From a virus, in IMG/VR virus record IMGVR_UViG_3300025131_000013, positions 1 through 64,000 of that record: a stretch of 64,000 nucleotides of DNA; one strand, 5' to 3'. Numbering within the stretch: position 1 is the stretch's first letter; each line of letters starts with the position of its first letter. A model generated the notes under the pieces. It made no database searches. It saw nothing but the letters and a program-made list of their open reading frames with translations, and was not told the DNA's origin. Below, one piece after another: positions 46,603 through 57,303 of this stretch. Made by a program: the position numbers and the translations under genes.

Positions 46603-47360
46603 TGAAAACAGTAGATGTGACATTCCTAGCAGAGCAAAATAAGCTCTCTGGCTCTAAGGCAATCGAAGAGGCCAAGGTATACAAGAGGTATCCGTGGCCG
46701 ATAACTGAGATTGTGGATGCCGGGAATTTCAAAGTAGAAGGGCACGCAGAAGATCATTTTTCCTTGAATGATTGGTTCATCATAACTACGAGGAAATTTA
46801 GCACCAAGTTTAGAGTGACTGGGACTCCATCGTTCGCATCAGGAGTGACTAATATACCTTCTGCTGCTCACTCTTTAGGGACGGCGCAAGATGTCGGAGG
46901 CTTCGTAGCCAAGCGTTATGACGTCTCAAGGCAGGTCTTGAAGATAGGGACAATAAGTCAGAGGTTTGAAGGACAAACTCTGAATAGCTTTAGGACTGGT
47001 GCCGCCACTATAGAGATGAACGACAGGGCATATCTAAATCTGTATGACGAGGCAAATCAAGATGGGGTATTCTTCCAGAGAAGCTGGTCGGATACCATAA
47101 GTGTCTCTACGCCTGGTGCCAGCACGACAGTATTTACCTTAGTTACCGGAGGTTTGACGACTAATAAGCTGAGGGGCTACACCCTACAGCTTTTATCAGG
47201 CCCCTACGAAGGCAAAGCCTACCCTATTATAGCAAATGCGGCAGGGACCGTTACGATTCAGGGAGTCGTTAGTAATGCTATATCTGGAGATGAGGTTTTG
47301 CTTGCTCTTGAGAATCTATTCTATGGCGAAATCTTGGCCGGATTTAAGGGTGCTCTGTAA
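46602..47360 (+). CDS. Tail tip/baseplate protein
   Basis: Immediately after TMP; beta-rich. Confidence 0.6.
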   Translation: MKTVDVTFLAEQNKLSGSKAIEEAKVYKRYPWPITEIVDAGNFKVEGHAEDHFSLNDWFIITTRKFSTKFRVTGTPSFASGVTNIPSAAHSLGTAQDVGGFVAKRYDVSRQVLKIGTISQRFEGQTLNSFRTGAATIEMNDRAYLNLYDEANQDGVFFQRSWSDTISVSTPGASTTVFTLVTGGLTTNKLRGYTLQLLSGPYEGKAYPIIANAAGTVTIQGVVSNAISGDEVLLALENLFYGEILAGFKGAL

Positions 47361-49678
47361 TGGCTACATATAGCTTCTGGCAATCAAAGACGGTAGCTCA
47401 ATTATCTTCGATTACGGATGGCGTGACTGATGCCGATAAGGCATATATGGAGGCTAATCCGTTTGACCAGATAGCTGCTATGTTCTCGGAACTAGGATCT
47501 GGCCCTAGTGGTAGTCTTATTGATCTGACGGTAAGACTGGCCGTATCGTTACAGGCTGATGGCGATTTAATACCTGGCTCTGTTACACTAGCCATAGACG
47601 GTCAAGATATATCTGTAAACGACCTGTTCGTATCAGGCATAACTAGCTTTAACGCTGTCCAGTATACATGGACTGGATCAGACGGTGGAGCCGGGGATGT
47701 TCTGACTACGGATGGTGGGGGTAGTCTTACTTGGACCACTCCTACTGTTTCCTCGCCTCTCTGGACTCAGTCAGGCAACGATATATACTACCCGTCTGGC
47801 GGAGTAGGAGTTGCCGGAAACGTAGGAATTGGATCTAGTTCATCCCCCAGCCACAGATTTACTGTTCAACAAACTGGATCTGCCTTCGTAGTCCTTAATA
47901 ATGCTGGGACAGTATTCTTTGAGGTTGATACTAGCCTCAATACGATAACTGCTCCTACGGTTGGAGTGACTACTACGATCTATACTCTTGAAGCCACTAA
48001 TTCGTTTGATGTTGGCTCGGGTAGCTTTACGGTTAATAGTGTAGGCAATACCGATATAGCCGATGACCTTAAGGTAGATGGCCACACAGGGTTGGGTGCT
48101 GGTGCTACCCCTTCGTCAAATCTGACGTTTTGGATACATAATACGCTTGGCGCAGGAGGAACTGTCTATAACTTTGTGAATCAGCTAGTTGTTAGTGGGG
48201 CCAATACTGACGTATATGGGCAATGGAATACGGTAGGGACTTCTGCCGCCGTAGCACTTACCAATATCTATAATCTCCGTATAACTGAGGGATCAAAGAC
48301 CCCAGGCACTACGATCACAAATCAGTATGGCGTCCTTATAGGGACGTTAAATGATGCTTCCAATAACTGGGGCATATGGTGCGAGACAGACTCGGTATTT
48401 ACCGGGACTCTTAAGGTTGGGCCGGATAGTGCCTTCCTGAATGCCTCTCATGGATTCAGAGTAGAAGTAGATCAAGCGTTCAATGCTGGCCTTGAAGTAG
48501 TCAACATAAATAGTAATGGATTTGCTGCAGCCTCTATGGACTTGAGAAGGACTGCTACTGGAGTAAGCGGTCATCATGTAGGCATCTTTAACGTCACTGG
48601 TAAGGATACAGCCGGCAACATCCATCAATATGCGAATGTTATTTTTTCATCAGAGATAGCGACCTCTGGTGGAGAGATGGGCCAGATATCTCTGTATGTA
48701 GCAGAGTCAGGAGTAGACACCCAAGAGTATTTGAGAATCTCTGCTAACAATACGGCTATTTCTCTGAAGGGGAACATCCTTCCTCTGTCAGGTGATGATA
48801 CGGGTCAGATAGGTGATACATCTGATAGGTTTTCAAAAGGATATTTTGCTGATTCGGTATCATCCGGTGCTACTGTTGCCCCAGGAACAAGTGGAGCATA
48901 TGTATACCGATTTGTTGCTCACAGCACTGCCGCTGAAGGAGTCTACTCACAATGGACTAACTCTGCTACCGGAACTGGAGCAGACCAGGGCTTTGTAATT
49001 GGAATTGATTCAACAGGTCAAGGGATTCTTTATAATAACGAAGCTCAGAATATCTTGTTCTATACTGCTGGCGTTCAGGCAATGATTATAGAGACTGGAA
49101 CTGAATTTCTTGGGATCGGGCCATCAACCACCACCCCCGCTTATCGAATTGATACCCAGGGTGTTGCCTCGAATGAGGCATACCGCATTTCTACTGATGT
49201 AGTTGACGGCGCAGTATGGTTTATTTGGAATAATGATGCCCGAACTTGGTGGGGTGGAGTCAGAACGGATGATTACTGGGCCCTTTGGGATCAAACCGGA
49301 GCCAATTATCGCCTTGTAATAGCCACTAATGGAGATATCTCAGGAACTCACGGAACTTACCATATATCGTCTGATGAGCGTCTTAAGACAAATGTTGTTC
49401 CGATAGAGAATGCTTTAGCTACTGTATGCCAGATGGAGGGTGTTCACTATAATTGGATAACCCCTCCTTACAAGCGAGAAGGAAAGCAGACTGGGATGAT
49501 AGCTCAGCAGATTTATGGAATAGCCTCTGAGCTCACTCAGACAGCAGATGATGAAATGGCTACTATGTCAATTAAGGATGACATCAGTGTTGACGCATAC
49601 TTAGTTGAGGCAATTAAGGAACTTAAATTAGAAAATGATGATTTGAGAGCAGAAATCGAGATTCTGAAGGCGATATAG
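47360..49678 (+). CDS. Tail fibre with C-terminal intramolecular chaperone (peptidase S74)
   Basis: GNVGIG repeats; SSDERLKTN...GMIAQ...LVEAIKEL. Confidence 0.85.
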   Translation: MATYSFWQSKTVAQLSSITDGVTDADKAYMEANPFDQIAAMFSELGSGPSGSLIDLTVRLAVSLQADGDLIPGSVTLAIDGQDISVNDLFVSGITSFNAVQYTWTGSDGGAGDVLTTDGGGSLTWTTPTVSSPLWTQSGNDIYYPSGGVGVAGNVGIGSSSSPSHRFTVQQTGSAFVVLNNAGTVFFEVDTSLNTITAPTVGVTTTIYTLEATNSFDVGSGSFTVNSVGNTDIADDLKVDGHTGLGAGATPSSNLTFWIHNTLGAGGTVYNFVNQLVVSGANTDVYGQWNTVGTSAAVALTNIYNLRITEGSKTPGTTITNQYGVLIGTLNDASNNWGIWCETDSVFTGTLKVGPDSAFLNASHGFRVEVDQAFNAGLEVVNINSNGFAAASMDLRRTATGVSGHHVGIFNVTGKDTAGNIHQYANVIFSSEIATSGGEMGQISLYVAESGVDTQEYLRISANNTAISLKGNILPLSGDDTGQIGDTSDRFSKGYFADSVSSGATVAPGTSGAYVYRFVAHSTAAEGVYSQWTNSATGTGADQGFVIGIDSTGQGILYNNEAQNILFYTAGVQAMIIETGTEFLGIGPSTTTPAYRIDTQGVASNEAYRISTDVVDGAVWFIWNNDARTWWGGVRTDDYWALWDQTGANYRLVIATNGDISGTHGTYHISSDERLKTNVVPIENALATVCQMEGVHYNWITPPYKREGKQTGMIAQQIYGIASELTQTADDEMATMSIKDDISVDAYLVEAIKELKLENDDLRAEIEILKAI

Positions 49679-49706
49679 CTGGTATCTTAGAGGAAAGGGG
49701 AATCAG

Positions 49707-50021
49707 ATGGCCTTGACAGAAGCAGAAGTTAAATTCGTAGCAAGACTTCAGGCTCAGGTAGACGGGATGAATCATTCCGTTAGAGCTGCAGCCCAGAGTC
49801 TGCTGGTAAGAAAGAAAGCCGTCACAGATTTGATGGCTGAAGAGGCAGCTTTATTTGGATCGTCCTTCGGTGATACCGATTCCGTTGATACTGCTGCTGC
49901 TGCTCTTCAGGTAGATCTGGATCGAGTGGACGTAGCGGTTGACGAACTATTTAATACCGGATTGATTTCAGGAAGTAGAGTGGAAATGGAAGGAGGGCTT
50001 AACCCGTCAATACCCCAGTAG
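49707..50021 (+). CDS. Hypothetical helical protein
   Basis: ORF with SD. Confidence 0.6.
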   Translation: MALTEAEVKFVARLQAQVDGMNHSVRAAAQSLLVRKKAVTDLMAEEAALFGSSFGDTDSVDTAAAALQVDLDRVDVAVDELFNTGLISGSRVEMEGGLNPSIPQ

Positions 50022-50036
50022 GGAGTTATTAAGAGT

Positions 50037-50582
50037 ATGAGTAAGAAGAAGTATGGCCAGTTCATGCGCAGTGCGCGCAAGCAGAAGTTAAGAATGAGGA
50101 GAGAATTCGTGGAATCACTCGCTTTTAAGCTCAGATACTACCTAGAGGACAGCGGTGACGTTGCCCCTCAAGAAGATGGAAGTAAGAAGCCAGTCCGGAT
50201 GGAGATCCAGAACGATCCGAAGTATCTCCTGGGCATTATGAACGGGATCGACACAGCCAAAGACCCGTATAAGTCCAGACGCCGAACGATTATGCGTCTG
50301 TTCTCTTCGTGTACCAAGGTCGCTCGTGATTGGGCCAGGTCAATGAAGGATACGGATATTCCTGACGAAGAGCAAGATTTCGTCCTGGAGATTGATATCC
50401 CGATCAGCCCAGAGGGGATGGAGTTTCTTAAGGAGTTGGTCGAGAAGCCGCCAGAAGGAGCCAAGTATCAGTCGATTCCGGTTCAGCATCTGCTGGTATC
50501 TATCGAAGATCAGTATAACGAGTGGAAATCGGAAAAGCCTGATGGCGCGGTTGCAGAGAGCGAACAAAAACCTCCCGCGTAA
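50037..50582 (+). CDS. Hypothetical protein
   Basis: ORF track. Confidence 0.65.
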   Translation: MSKKKYGQFMRSARKQKLRMRREFVESLAFKLRYYLEDSGDVAPQEDGSKKPVRMEIQNDPKYLLGIMNGIDTAKDPYKSRRRTIMRLFSSCTKVARDWARSMKDTDIPDEEQDFVLEIDIPISPEGMEFLKELVEKPPEGAKYQSIPVQHLLVSIEDQYNEWKSEKPDGAVAESEQKPPA

Positions 50583-50667
50583 CCTTTCGGATCGGACGGT
50601 GTTCGGACTGCTCAGGGGCTGCAAAGCTCCTGAGCAATCCTTCTTTTCCCTATCGGAAGGTTGTTAG

Positions 50668-53600
50668 ATGCCCATCGTAAGGTTCAGCCCTAGCTCAGAA
50701 TTCGGAACATTCAAATGGGGTCAACTAGACACAGGAGAGGCAGGAGAAGTGGCTAGATTACTCTATCATTCGGGATTGATCCATCCAGGGTCAATAGATG
50801 CTCTGACAAAGCAGAAGATGATGAGGGTTCGATCATTAGGATTCCTCAGAGAACTTGACCTATACAAAGCCTGGCAATATACTGAGCTCAAAGGCAGGAT
50901 GGTCACTATTCCCGGAATCCAACTCTGGTCATATGGTGAGGGACAATTATCAGCACCATCCTATGGCCCAAAGGATTTAAAATTGTCTGTCAAGGACAGT
51001 CAGCTGGGACAGATATCCATAGAGGACATTAGTTCCGATTATCATGCCGGACTATACCCTCTGAAGTATCGCTACCCATCTTTATTCTCGTGGGATAGGG
51101 GTGAGTGGGAAAGAATACTCGGAGTCACTGGCCTCGATGCCAATGGTGCTACCAAAGTAACAGGGATTGATGGATCTGCTAATGATGGATACGCCAGAGT
51201 TAAGGTGGCTGATTCAGACGCAGATCGCCCATATGTCTTCCCTGAGAATGATATAGTCGAGTTCGTAGAGGTGACTGGTAGGCTTGATGCTACAGAAAAA
51301 ATCCTGAATGTAGGATCTCTTGCCCTGTCGTATGATTCCGGACCAGAGGTTGCTCTGAATCCTTGGTTCGAGGATATTATATCCTGGGATGGCGCGAATC
51401 TTAGCACTCGCGCCAATAATCTGACCGGCAAGCTATCTGAGAATTTCAATAAGTCTGGAGATATTATCCAGAATACTGCCGGTGACTCCTTCTATATAGG
51501 GTCATCGCAACCATTCTACGGGTTTGAGTTATTCGCCTCTAGTTGGCTTGGAGTAGGCGAGACTATAGAGATAATGTTCTCCAACAGGCCTCACGTATCT
51601 GAGAATGGAGCAGTTGATACCGGGTTTAGTGCTGATTTCTGGTCTTCAGTGACAGATGAGACATCGGCCCTGAATGAGGACGGCAGTATATATTGGGACG
51701 ATACTGCCGTAGTAGGATGGACAAAGGCTAATCTGATCTATGATGATGGGGCAGAAAAGCAGTTCCTCCAGTATTACTGGATCAAAGTTAAGGTGACTAG
51801 TGCTACTCCAGGGACCTTGACGGCCCTTACCTTGAGGCGCCATCTTAGATTGCCTGGATCAAAAGGCGACTATATAACAGTTAAGGTAGATCCTGAGGCC
51901 TTGAGGCTAAAGGAATCAGACGAATCCCTAGTCATAAGGCCTGATAGTAATGGCGTTGCGACTCCATCATCCTGGCACAGATTTGTATCAATGGATAAGG
52001 CTATAACGGAATTAGCAGACGTAGCAAGGTTCAGAGGTGAGATACTGGACCAGGATGACATAAAGATAAATCTGAACTCAAGGTATATGAACGTATATTC
52101 CGATCTACCTGGTCCAGATTACTACCAGAGGATAACGGCTTCCTTTGTGGATTCAGATGATAATGATCGGGTATATCTGGGAATAGGGAAAGAGCTATGG
52201 TCCTATGAGCAGCAAGGATCATTACAGTTCCTAGGCAAGATAGTGAATAAGACCGATCCTGCCGGAACTCTTGACGATCTTACATTCACTTCTATTCAGA
52301 GAATAGTGAAAGACGGGAATGTAGTAAAGGGTGTAGCTTGGACAAGCCGTAGAGATGTAGGGACTGGCCGATCTGATTCGGCTGCAGTCACCTTTACCTA
52401 TACGGTGTCTACTGATACGTTTGCTTACTCCCAAGTCAATGATGGTATCTATGGCGTGATGCCGTCTAAGGAAGTATCAAGGATAGGAACGGTTCATGCT
52501 GCTGGAGGCCCGACATACTTCAGGTATATAGGGCAGGGATGGGTTGGTGATACTTTCCATGGCGGAGAGAATATGACCATCCCGTTTGAGCAAGATGTTT
52601 ACACAGAAGCAGCAAGCGCATCGGCTGGCTTTCTTTCCGTTCAGGTTCACTCCAGGGATGGTAATACTTCCTCAACTGGCTTAGACTATCCGATCTGGAT
52701 ATTTGAACCAACGATGGTAGGTGTCGCACACGAGCCTAACTATGAAGAGGGTCCATACTGGCACGCTAGGCCAGGTGTATACGCCGTCAATGATGGCGTA
52801 GGGACTGTTAATGAGAATGATAAAGACAGGATAGGGTTTAGATACTCTGTAGGCCAAAAGGGGATGGTCGAGTATCACTTTAACGATGACAACTGGTATT
52901 GTTTCGAGCGTAGAGATCAGCTAAATACAGATACTATAAGGTTGAGGCCTGCTGGAGGTGGAGCGGGTAGTTTTGAGGATTGTATTTTCTTCTATCCATC
53001 GATCAATGATGGAGATCCTACAAATACCAACCCTAACGTATTAGCTGGCCAATTCCCTGATGCGGCAGCCGATAAGGTATACCTGTCCTATATCATATGG
53101 AATGAGGAGGATGTAGCAGGGACGCTTGCTGAGTCAGTATCCTACTTTAGTCTTTACCAACAAGATGGTAAGGCTAAGGATTGGCCGAAGGCATTCCATT
53201 ACAATATAACGGGTGCTCTTTATACGGACAAGACAACCGTTTGGAATGCAGGGACTGGCGGAGCAGCCACCCTAGACGCCCAATACGATGCTGTCTATGT
53301 CGGCGATACTACTACCTTCAATTCCGTATATTTTTCTGTTACCAATAGTGCGTTTAACGCCACAGTCCTGCTTCAATACTGGAATGGGTCTGCTTGGACT
53401 ACAATTGACGCAAGCTTGCAGAATGACAACACTTCTGAGCTTACTACAGACGGTCATTGGACTTGGTCACCTCCTGCTGATTGGGCAGAAACAGCGGTTA
53501 GTCCTGGGGCGATAACACAGTATTGGATCAGATTCCAGGTCGATCCCTATGTCTCTGGATCTACGGTGATAGACGGTGCACAGAATGCTTGGACTAATTA

Positions 53601-54639
53601 CTGGGAATCAAGAGCAGCTATCGCAGGTGCTAATAGAGACTGTGAGATGATAACTGATTTCTGTCACAATCCCAATGAAGGGACGATCCACGCCTGTGTA
53701 TTTGATCGCGATATAACGGCAGGATCTAACCCCGGTGAGTATGCCTATCTGGTCATTGAGTTGTCTACCTTGGACTATAATTACAGCCAGACAGGGGACA
53801 ACTTCTTATTTGATCCTATTAGGCCAATCAAAGGATTCATCTACAATTCGACTGACTTTAACATCTATTCAATAGCCACTAGTCTAGCTGACTTTAATCA
53901 AGGCTCTTGGCTCCTGAAGTGTGACTTTACTGGCGGAAACACGATAGAGTTGGAGAACGTTGGAATCGCTCCAGGAGGTGCTTACGATTTAGAGGGGCAT
54001 CTTTCCGTAGATTCAGACGGAGGCATGTATGGGGTCGTTGGCGGTAATGAGAACGTCCTGTGGCAATACTCCGACGTAATATGGCCTAGAGTCCACATAC
54101 TTAATATGGGCGATATGGATGTATCAGAGGCCATCGTGAAATTGTGCCAAGCGTCCAATTTTGTCGTCCAAGTTACCTCAGAGAGGGTTTTGACTATTCA
54201 AGGAAGGCTCGGCAAGACCACTCCGGGGACATTCACTGCTGGCAGGAAGCAATTAATAGACGTGAGGCCGTCTAAGAAATACCAGCATATCTATCGGGCG
54301 GTCACAGTATCTTGGAGTAATGGAGTTGATTCAGGAGTAGAGAACTATGGCGATGTTAATAGTAAGGGCGCCATACTATCCGTCAACAATGAATTTATAC
54401 AGAGTCCGTATTACGCCAGGATTTTGGCCCGTATGCTATTCGACTATTTCAAGAACGTCAGATATGTCTTCCAGGCAGATATGACTTATCTACTGCAATT
54501 AGAGTTGGGAGATGAATTAACCTTTAGCGTTCCTTCAAGTGTAGCTGGTATAGATACTACGAAGGAATGGATTGTCTGGGGGCTTGATCTAGACACCACC
54601 AATAAAAAGTTACTTGGAACATTCTTGGAGAAAGTATAA
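50668..54639 (+). CDS. Large tail/baseplate hub-like virion protein
   Basis: 1323 aa; two YWI.(V/F).V carbohydrate-binding-like modules; C-terminal NEFIQ...LELGD. Confidence 0.7.
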   Translation: MPIVRFSPSSEFGTFKWGQLDTGEAGEVARLLYHSGLIHPGSIDALTKQKMMRVRSLGFLRELDLYKAWQYTELKGRMVTIPGIQLWSYGEGQLSAPSYGPKDLKLSVKDSQLGQISIEDISSDYHAGLYPLKYRYPSLFSWDRGEWERILGVTGLDANGATKVTGIDGSANDGYARVKVADSDADRPYVFPENDIVEFVEVTGRLDATEKILNVGSLALSYDSGPEVALNPWFEDIISWDGANLSTRANNLTGKLSENFNKSGDIIQNTAGDSFYIGSSQPFYGFELFASSWLGVGETIEIMFSNRPHVSENGAVDTGFSADFWSSVTDETSALNEDGSIYWDDTAVVGWTKANLIYDDGAEKQFLQYYWIKVKVTSATPGTLTALTLRRHLRLPGSKGDYITVKVDPEALRLKESDESLVIRPDSNGVATPSSWHRFVSMDKAITELADVARFRGEILDQDDIKINLNSRYMNVYSDLPGPDYYQRITASFVDSDDNDRVYLGIGKELWSYEQQGSLQFLGKIVNKTDPAGTLDDLTFTSIQRIVKDGNVVKGVAWTSRRDVGTGRSDSAAVTFTYTVSTDTFAYSQVNDGIYGVMPSKEVSRIGTVHAAGGPTYFRYIGQGWVGDTFHGGENMTIPFEQDVYTEAASASAGFLSVQVHSRDGNTSSTGLDYPIWIFEPTMVGVAHEPNYEEGPYWHARPGVYAVNDGVGTVNENDKDRIGFRYSVGQKGMVEYHFNDDNWYCFERRDQLNTDTIRLRPAGGGAGSFEDCIFFYPSINDGDPTNTNPNVLAGQFPDAAADKVYLSYIIWNEEDVAGTLAESVSYFSLYQQDGKAKDWPKAFHYNITGALYTDKTTVWNAGTGGAATLDAQYDAVYVGDTTTFNSVYFSVTNSAFNATVLLQYWNGSAWTTIDASLQNDNTSELTTDGHWTWSPPADWAETAVSPGAITQYWIRFQVDPYVSGSTVIDGAQNAWTNYWESRAAIAGANRDCEMITDFCHNPNEGTIHACVFDRDITAGSNPGEYAYLVIELSTLDYNYSQTGDNFLFDPIRPIKGFIYNSTDFNIYSIATSLADFNQGSWLLKCDFTGGNTIELENVGIAPGGAYDLEGHLSVDSDGGMYGVVGGNENVLWQYSDVIWPRVHILNMGDMDVSEAIVKLCQASNFVVQVTSERVLTIQGRLGKTTPGTFTAGRKQLIDVRPSKKYQHIYRAVTVSWSNGVDSGVENYGDVNSKGAILSVNNEFIQSPYYARILARMLFDYFKNVRYVFQADMTYLLQLELGDELTFSVPSSVAGIDTTKEWIVWGLDLDTTNKKLLGTFLEKV

Positions 54640-55559
54640 TGTCGTTTTCAGGGAACGTATTAGGCGGTGTCGGATATCCAAGATTCTATCTTCTATCAGA
54701 AGATATGGTATCAAATGGCAGCATGGAGGATGATGATAACTCTGATAATCTGCCTGATGGGTGGACTGCTGGCGGTGCTGGCTCTATTAATAGGGTAGCG
54801 GACACATCCACTATCTTTGGCGATTACGTCATGAACCTTATAGACGCTAGTGTTGGCGCTAATGGTTGGGCTCAATCATCTGTCATGGATCTTCCTTCAG
54901 GAGAAGATATAAACGGTCACGAGTTACTGGTTTCGATGTGGGTAAAGTTGATTACAGGAACCCCGAATCCTGGCGGTCTGATCGTCTATGTCTACAATTC
55001 TAGTAATATTCTGGTCGGCAACGAAGAAGTGGTAGCCATAATAGGGACTACGTGGCAGCAACTTTGGATCCCTGTTAGGCCGTTGGTATCACTCACAGGC
55101 GATACGGACCTGTACATAACTATTTTGCCAACCAGAGGCGGGGTATCAGAACTAGCCAATTACTACGTAGACAACGTCCAGGTTTTTGAAGTGAACGATA
55201 CGGTGGATATATCTGTCGAGCCGCAAGAGTATCAGGCTCAAGGCTGGGATAAGCAATTACAAACTGGCCGGCAGACCCTGATTGATGGCTCCCTGAAAGA
55301 GTATGTCCACGGATGGAGATACCGATGCGAGATAGGGTATGATCTGCTAACTGCCGCAGACGAGGTATTGAGGCAGAGTATAGCGGATCACGATGGCCTT
55401 ATAGGTTTTATGCCGCACATTGATACTGCCTGGGGCCAAATTTGCCTTTGGAATGGTGCTCTTGATAGAACATACTGGCTCAATCGCTTCCTCGGTCATA
55501 CGTCAGCTATTCCTTTGATTGGAGCAGAGTTGATGAATGAGAAGCCCACAGGAACCTGA
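54639..55559 (+). CDS. Distal-tail-like protein with an inserted CBM-like domain
   Basis: NGSMEDD..D.LPDGW, YYVDNVQV, LIDGSL. Confidence 0.55.
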   Translation: MSFSGNVLGGVGYPRFYLLSEDMVSNGSMEDDDNSDNLPDGWTAGGAGSINRVADTSTIFGDYVMNLIDASVGANGWAQSSVMDLPSGEDINGHELLVSMWVKLITGTPNPGGLIVYVYNSSNILVGNEEVVAIIGTTWQQLWIPVRPLVSLTGDTDLYITILPTRGGVSELANYYVDNVQVFEVNDTVDISVEPQEYQAQGWDKQLQTGRQTLIDGSLKEYVHGWRYRCEIGYDLLTAADEVLRQSIADHDGLIGFMPHIDTAWGQICLWNGALDRTYWLNRFLGHTSAIPLIGAELMNEKPTGT

Positions 55560-55723
55560 TGTCTCATAACCTCATTATTTCCAACGGTGTATACCTATTC
55601 GCCTACGCTCTGAGTGCTTCTGGGGACTTGCTTCTCAACGTAGGGCCGGAGACTAGATGGAATAGGTCACCAACGGGGGTAAGGGGGGACTTCCTTTTCC
55701 AGCCAAAGACTAAAAGGAATTAG
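55559..55723 (+). CDS. 54-aa hypothetical protein
   Basis: TGATG coupling; open frame filling the gap. Confidence 0.4.
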   Translation: MSHNLIISNGVYLFAYALSASGDLLLNVGPETRWNRSPTGVRGDFLFQPKTKRN

Positions 55724-55729
55724 AATCTA

Positions 55730-57295
55730 ATGGCCCCCGTTAATATTGGTGATTACTCAGCCTCTATAAATCAGGAGTTTAGAGTATCGGATGTTAGATG
55801 CTCTGGAGTTAGTGCTCCTAGTCTCGGACAGAGAGTAAGCGGTGATAGCGTGACTGTCACCTTTACCCTCATGACGTATGTCGATGCTGATCTCACCGGA
55901 TCGGTGATTATCGAGTTTTCGACTGCGGGTGCCGGCGGACCATGGAGTGCCGCAACGATTACTGGTGCTACTACGGGTTTAACCGTGTCTCAGGACGGCA
56001 ATACGTATAGCGTGACTTGGGATTCTCTAACTGACGTTGGCTCGAACGTAGATCAGAATAATATCCTGTTTCGCATTACAGCTAATGATGGGACGAACAA
56101 TGATGGTGATGCGGATACTCCTGTCAACTCGTCCTTCTTTACGGTAGACAACCTTCCATCTGCTCCTACAATTACTGCCCCGACTTCAGGGTGGTTCCGT
56201 AAGGATGATGACTATCCTTCCTTCGCAGTAGAGTTCACTATTCCTACTGATCCCGGCGGCGACAAGCTATGGCCGGTATTTGAAGCGGATACTTCGCCGA
56301 ACTTTGATTCTGTAGCCTTCTTCCAGGTGGACAGCAATGACGCAACGAACTATCTGTTCTTTGACGTTGAGGTTACTAATCCTCTCAAGCCTATCTCCGG
56401 ATATTATGTCCAGGATGTCGCAGCAAACGAGGATGGATCGGCAACCACGGTAGATTGGGATTCTTTGTCGGATGCCTATACTGGTGATGCCCTGCCCACT
56501 ACGATATTGGATGCCAGAGTCCTTCTGATACAAAAGAAGGATCGGAGGGTATTGCTGACCTCGGTATCGAATACACAGATCCAACTAACTGCTTCTGCTG
56601 CCGGAGTAGCAACGCCTGAAGTAGACCTCTACATATTCGATGACGTCCAAACAGACTTCTATATAGTATCCGGGTTGACTGTTCCGAATACTACTTTGAC
56701 GGCGCAAACATTTGCTTCGATGGGTGAGGACTTCGCCCAGGCAATCCCTAATCCGTTTGGTAGTGCCCCTCGTATCTTGATGTGTGATGAAGCAGAGCGA
56801 CTCTGCTATATGGGGACGATTACTACTACGGATGTAGAACTTGCTAAGTCAGTTGCTGGTCCTACGGGCAACGGAACGGTTACGCTATTCATCTTGAAGA
56901 CAAACTCAGATATCTACCAAGATGATAACTATGCTGTCACGCCTTCAGATCTTACGATCACTCGGTATGACAGCTTAAGCGATGGGGGCGCACTTCCTAC
57001 CTCTGTCGGTGGCGCCGTTCCTAGCGTGGTTCCTAACTCAGATCGGGCTGTATACGTAGACAGTCCCGGCTCAGAAGATTTCCAGATAGCTAAATCTGGT
57101 GCCGGGATTCCTACGGACGCGACAGTTGAGATGAATATCTTTACAGAAGAAGGTGCTTCAGGGATCTGGGTAGTTATGCCTGCTACTGGAATTGATGATG
57201 CGACATTTGAAGGTGGTAACGCCCGTTACAGAGCGCAAGCGGGTGACTTCGACGACAATGTCTGGTATTTTAGAGCTGCGTTCGGTAACACTTAG
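55730..57295 (+). CDS. Virion structural protein with internal repeats
   Basis: Ig/Fn3-like N-terminus; three ~85-aa repeats (..L/I.KS.AG..T...V.L.I). Confidence 0.65.
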   Translation: MAPVNIGDYSASINQEFRVSDVRCSGVSAPSLGQRVSGDSVTVTFTLMTYVDADLTGSVIIEFSTAGAGGPWSAATITGATTGLTVSQDGNTYSVTWDSLTDVGSNVDQNNILFRITANDGTNNDGDADTPVNSSFFTVDNLPSAPTITAPTSGWFRKDDDYPSFAVEFTIPTDPGGDKLWPVFEADTSPNFDSVAFFQVDSNDATNYLFFDVEVTNPLKPISGYYVQDVAANEDGSATTVDWDSLSDAYTGDALPTTILDARVLLIQKKDRRVLLTSVSNTQIQLTASAAGVATPEVDLYIFDDVQTDFYIVSGLTVPNTTLTAQTFASMGEDFAQAIPNPFGSAPRILMCDEAERLCYMGTITTTDVELAKSVAGPTGNGTVTLFILKTNSDIYQDDNYAVTPSDLTITRYDSLSDGGALPTSVGGAVPSVVPNSDRAVYVDSPGSEDFQIAKSGAGIPTDATVEMNIFTEEGASGIWVVMPATGIDDATFEGGNARYRAQAGDFDDNVWYFRAAFGNT

Positions 57296-57303
57296 AGGGA
57301 AAA

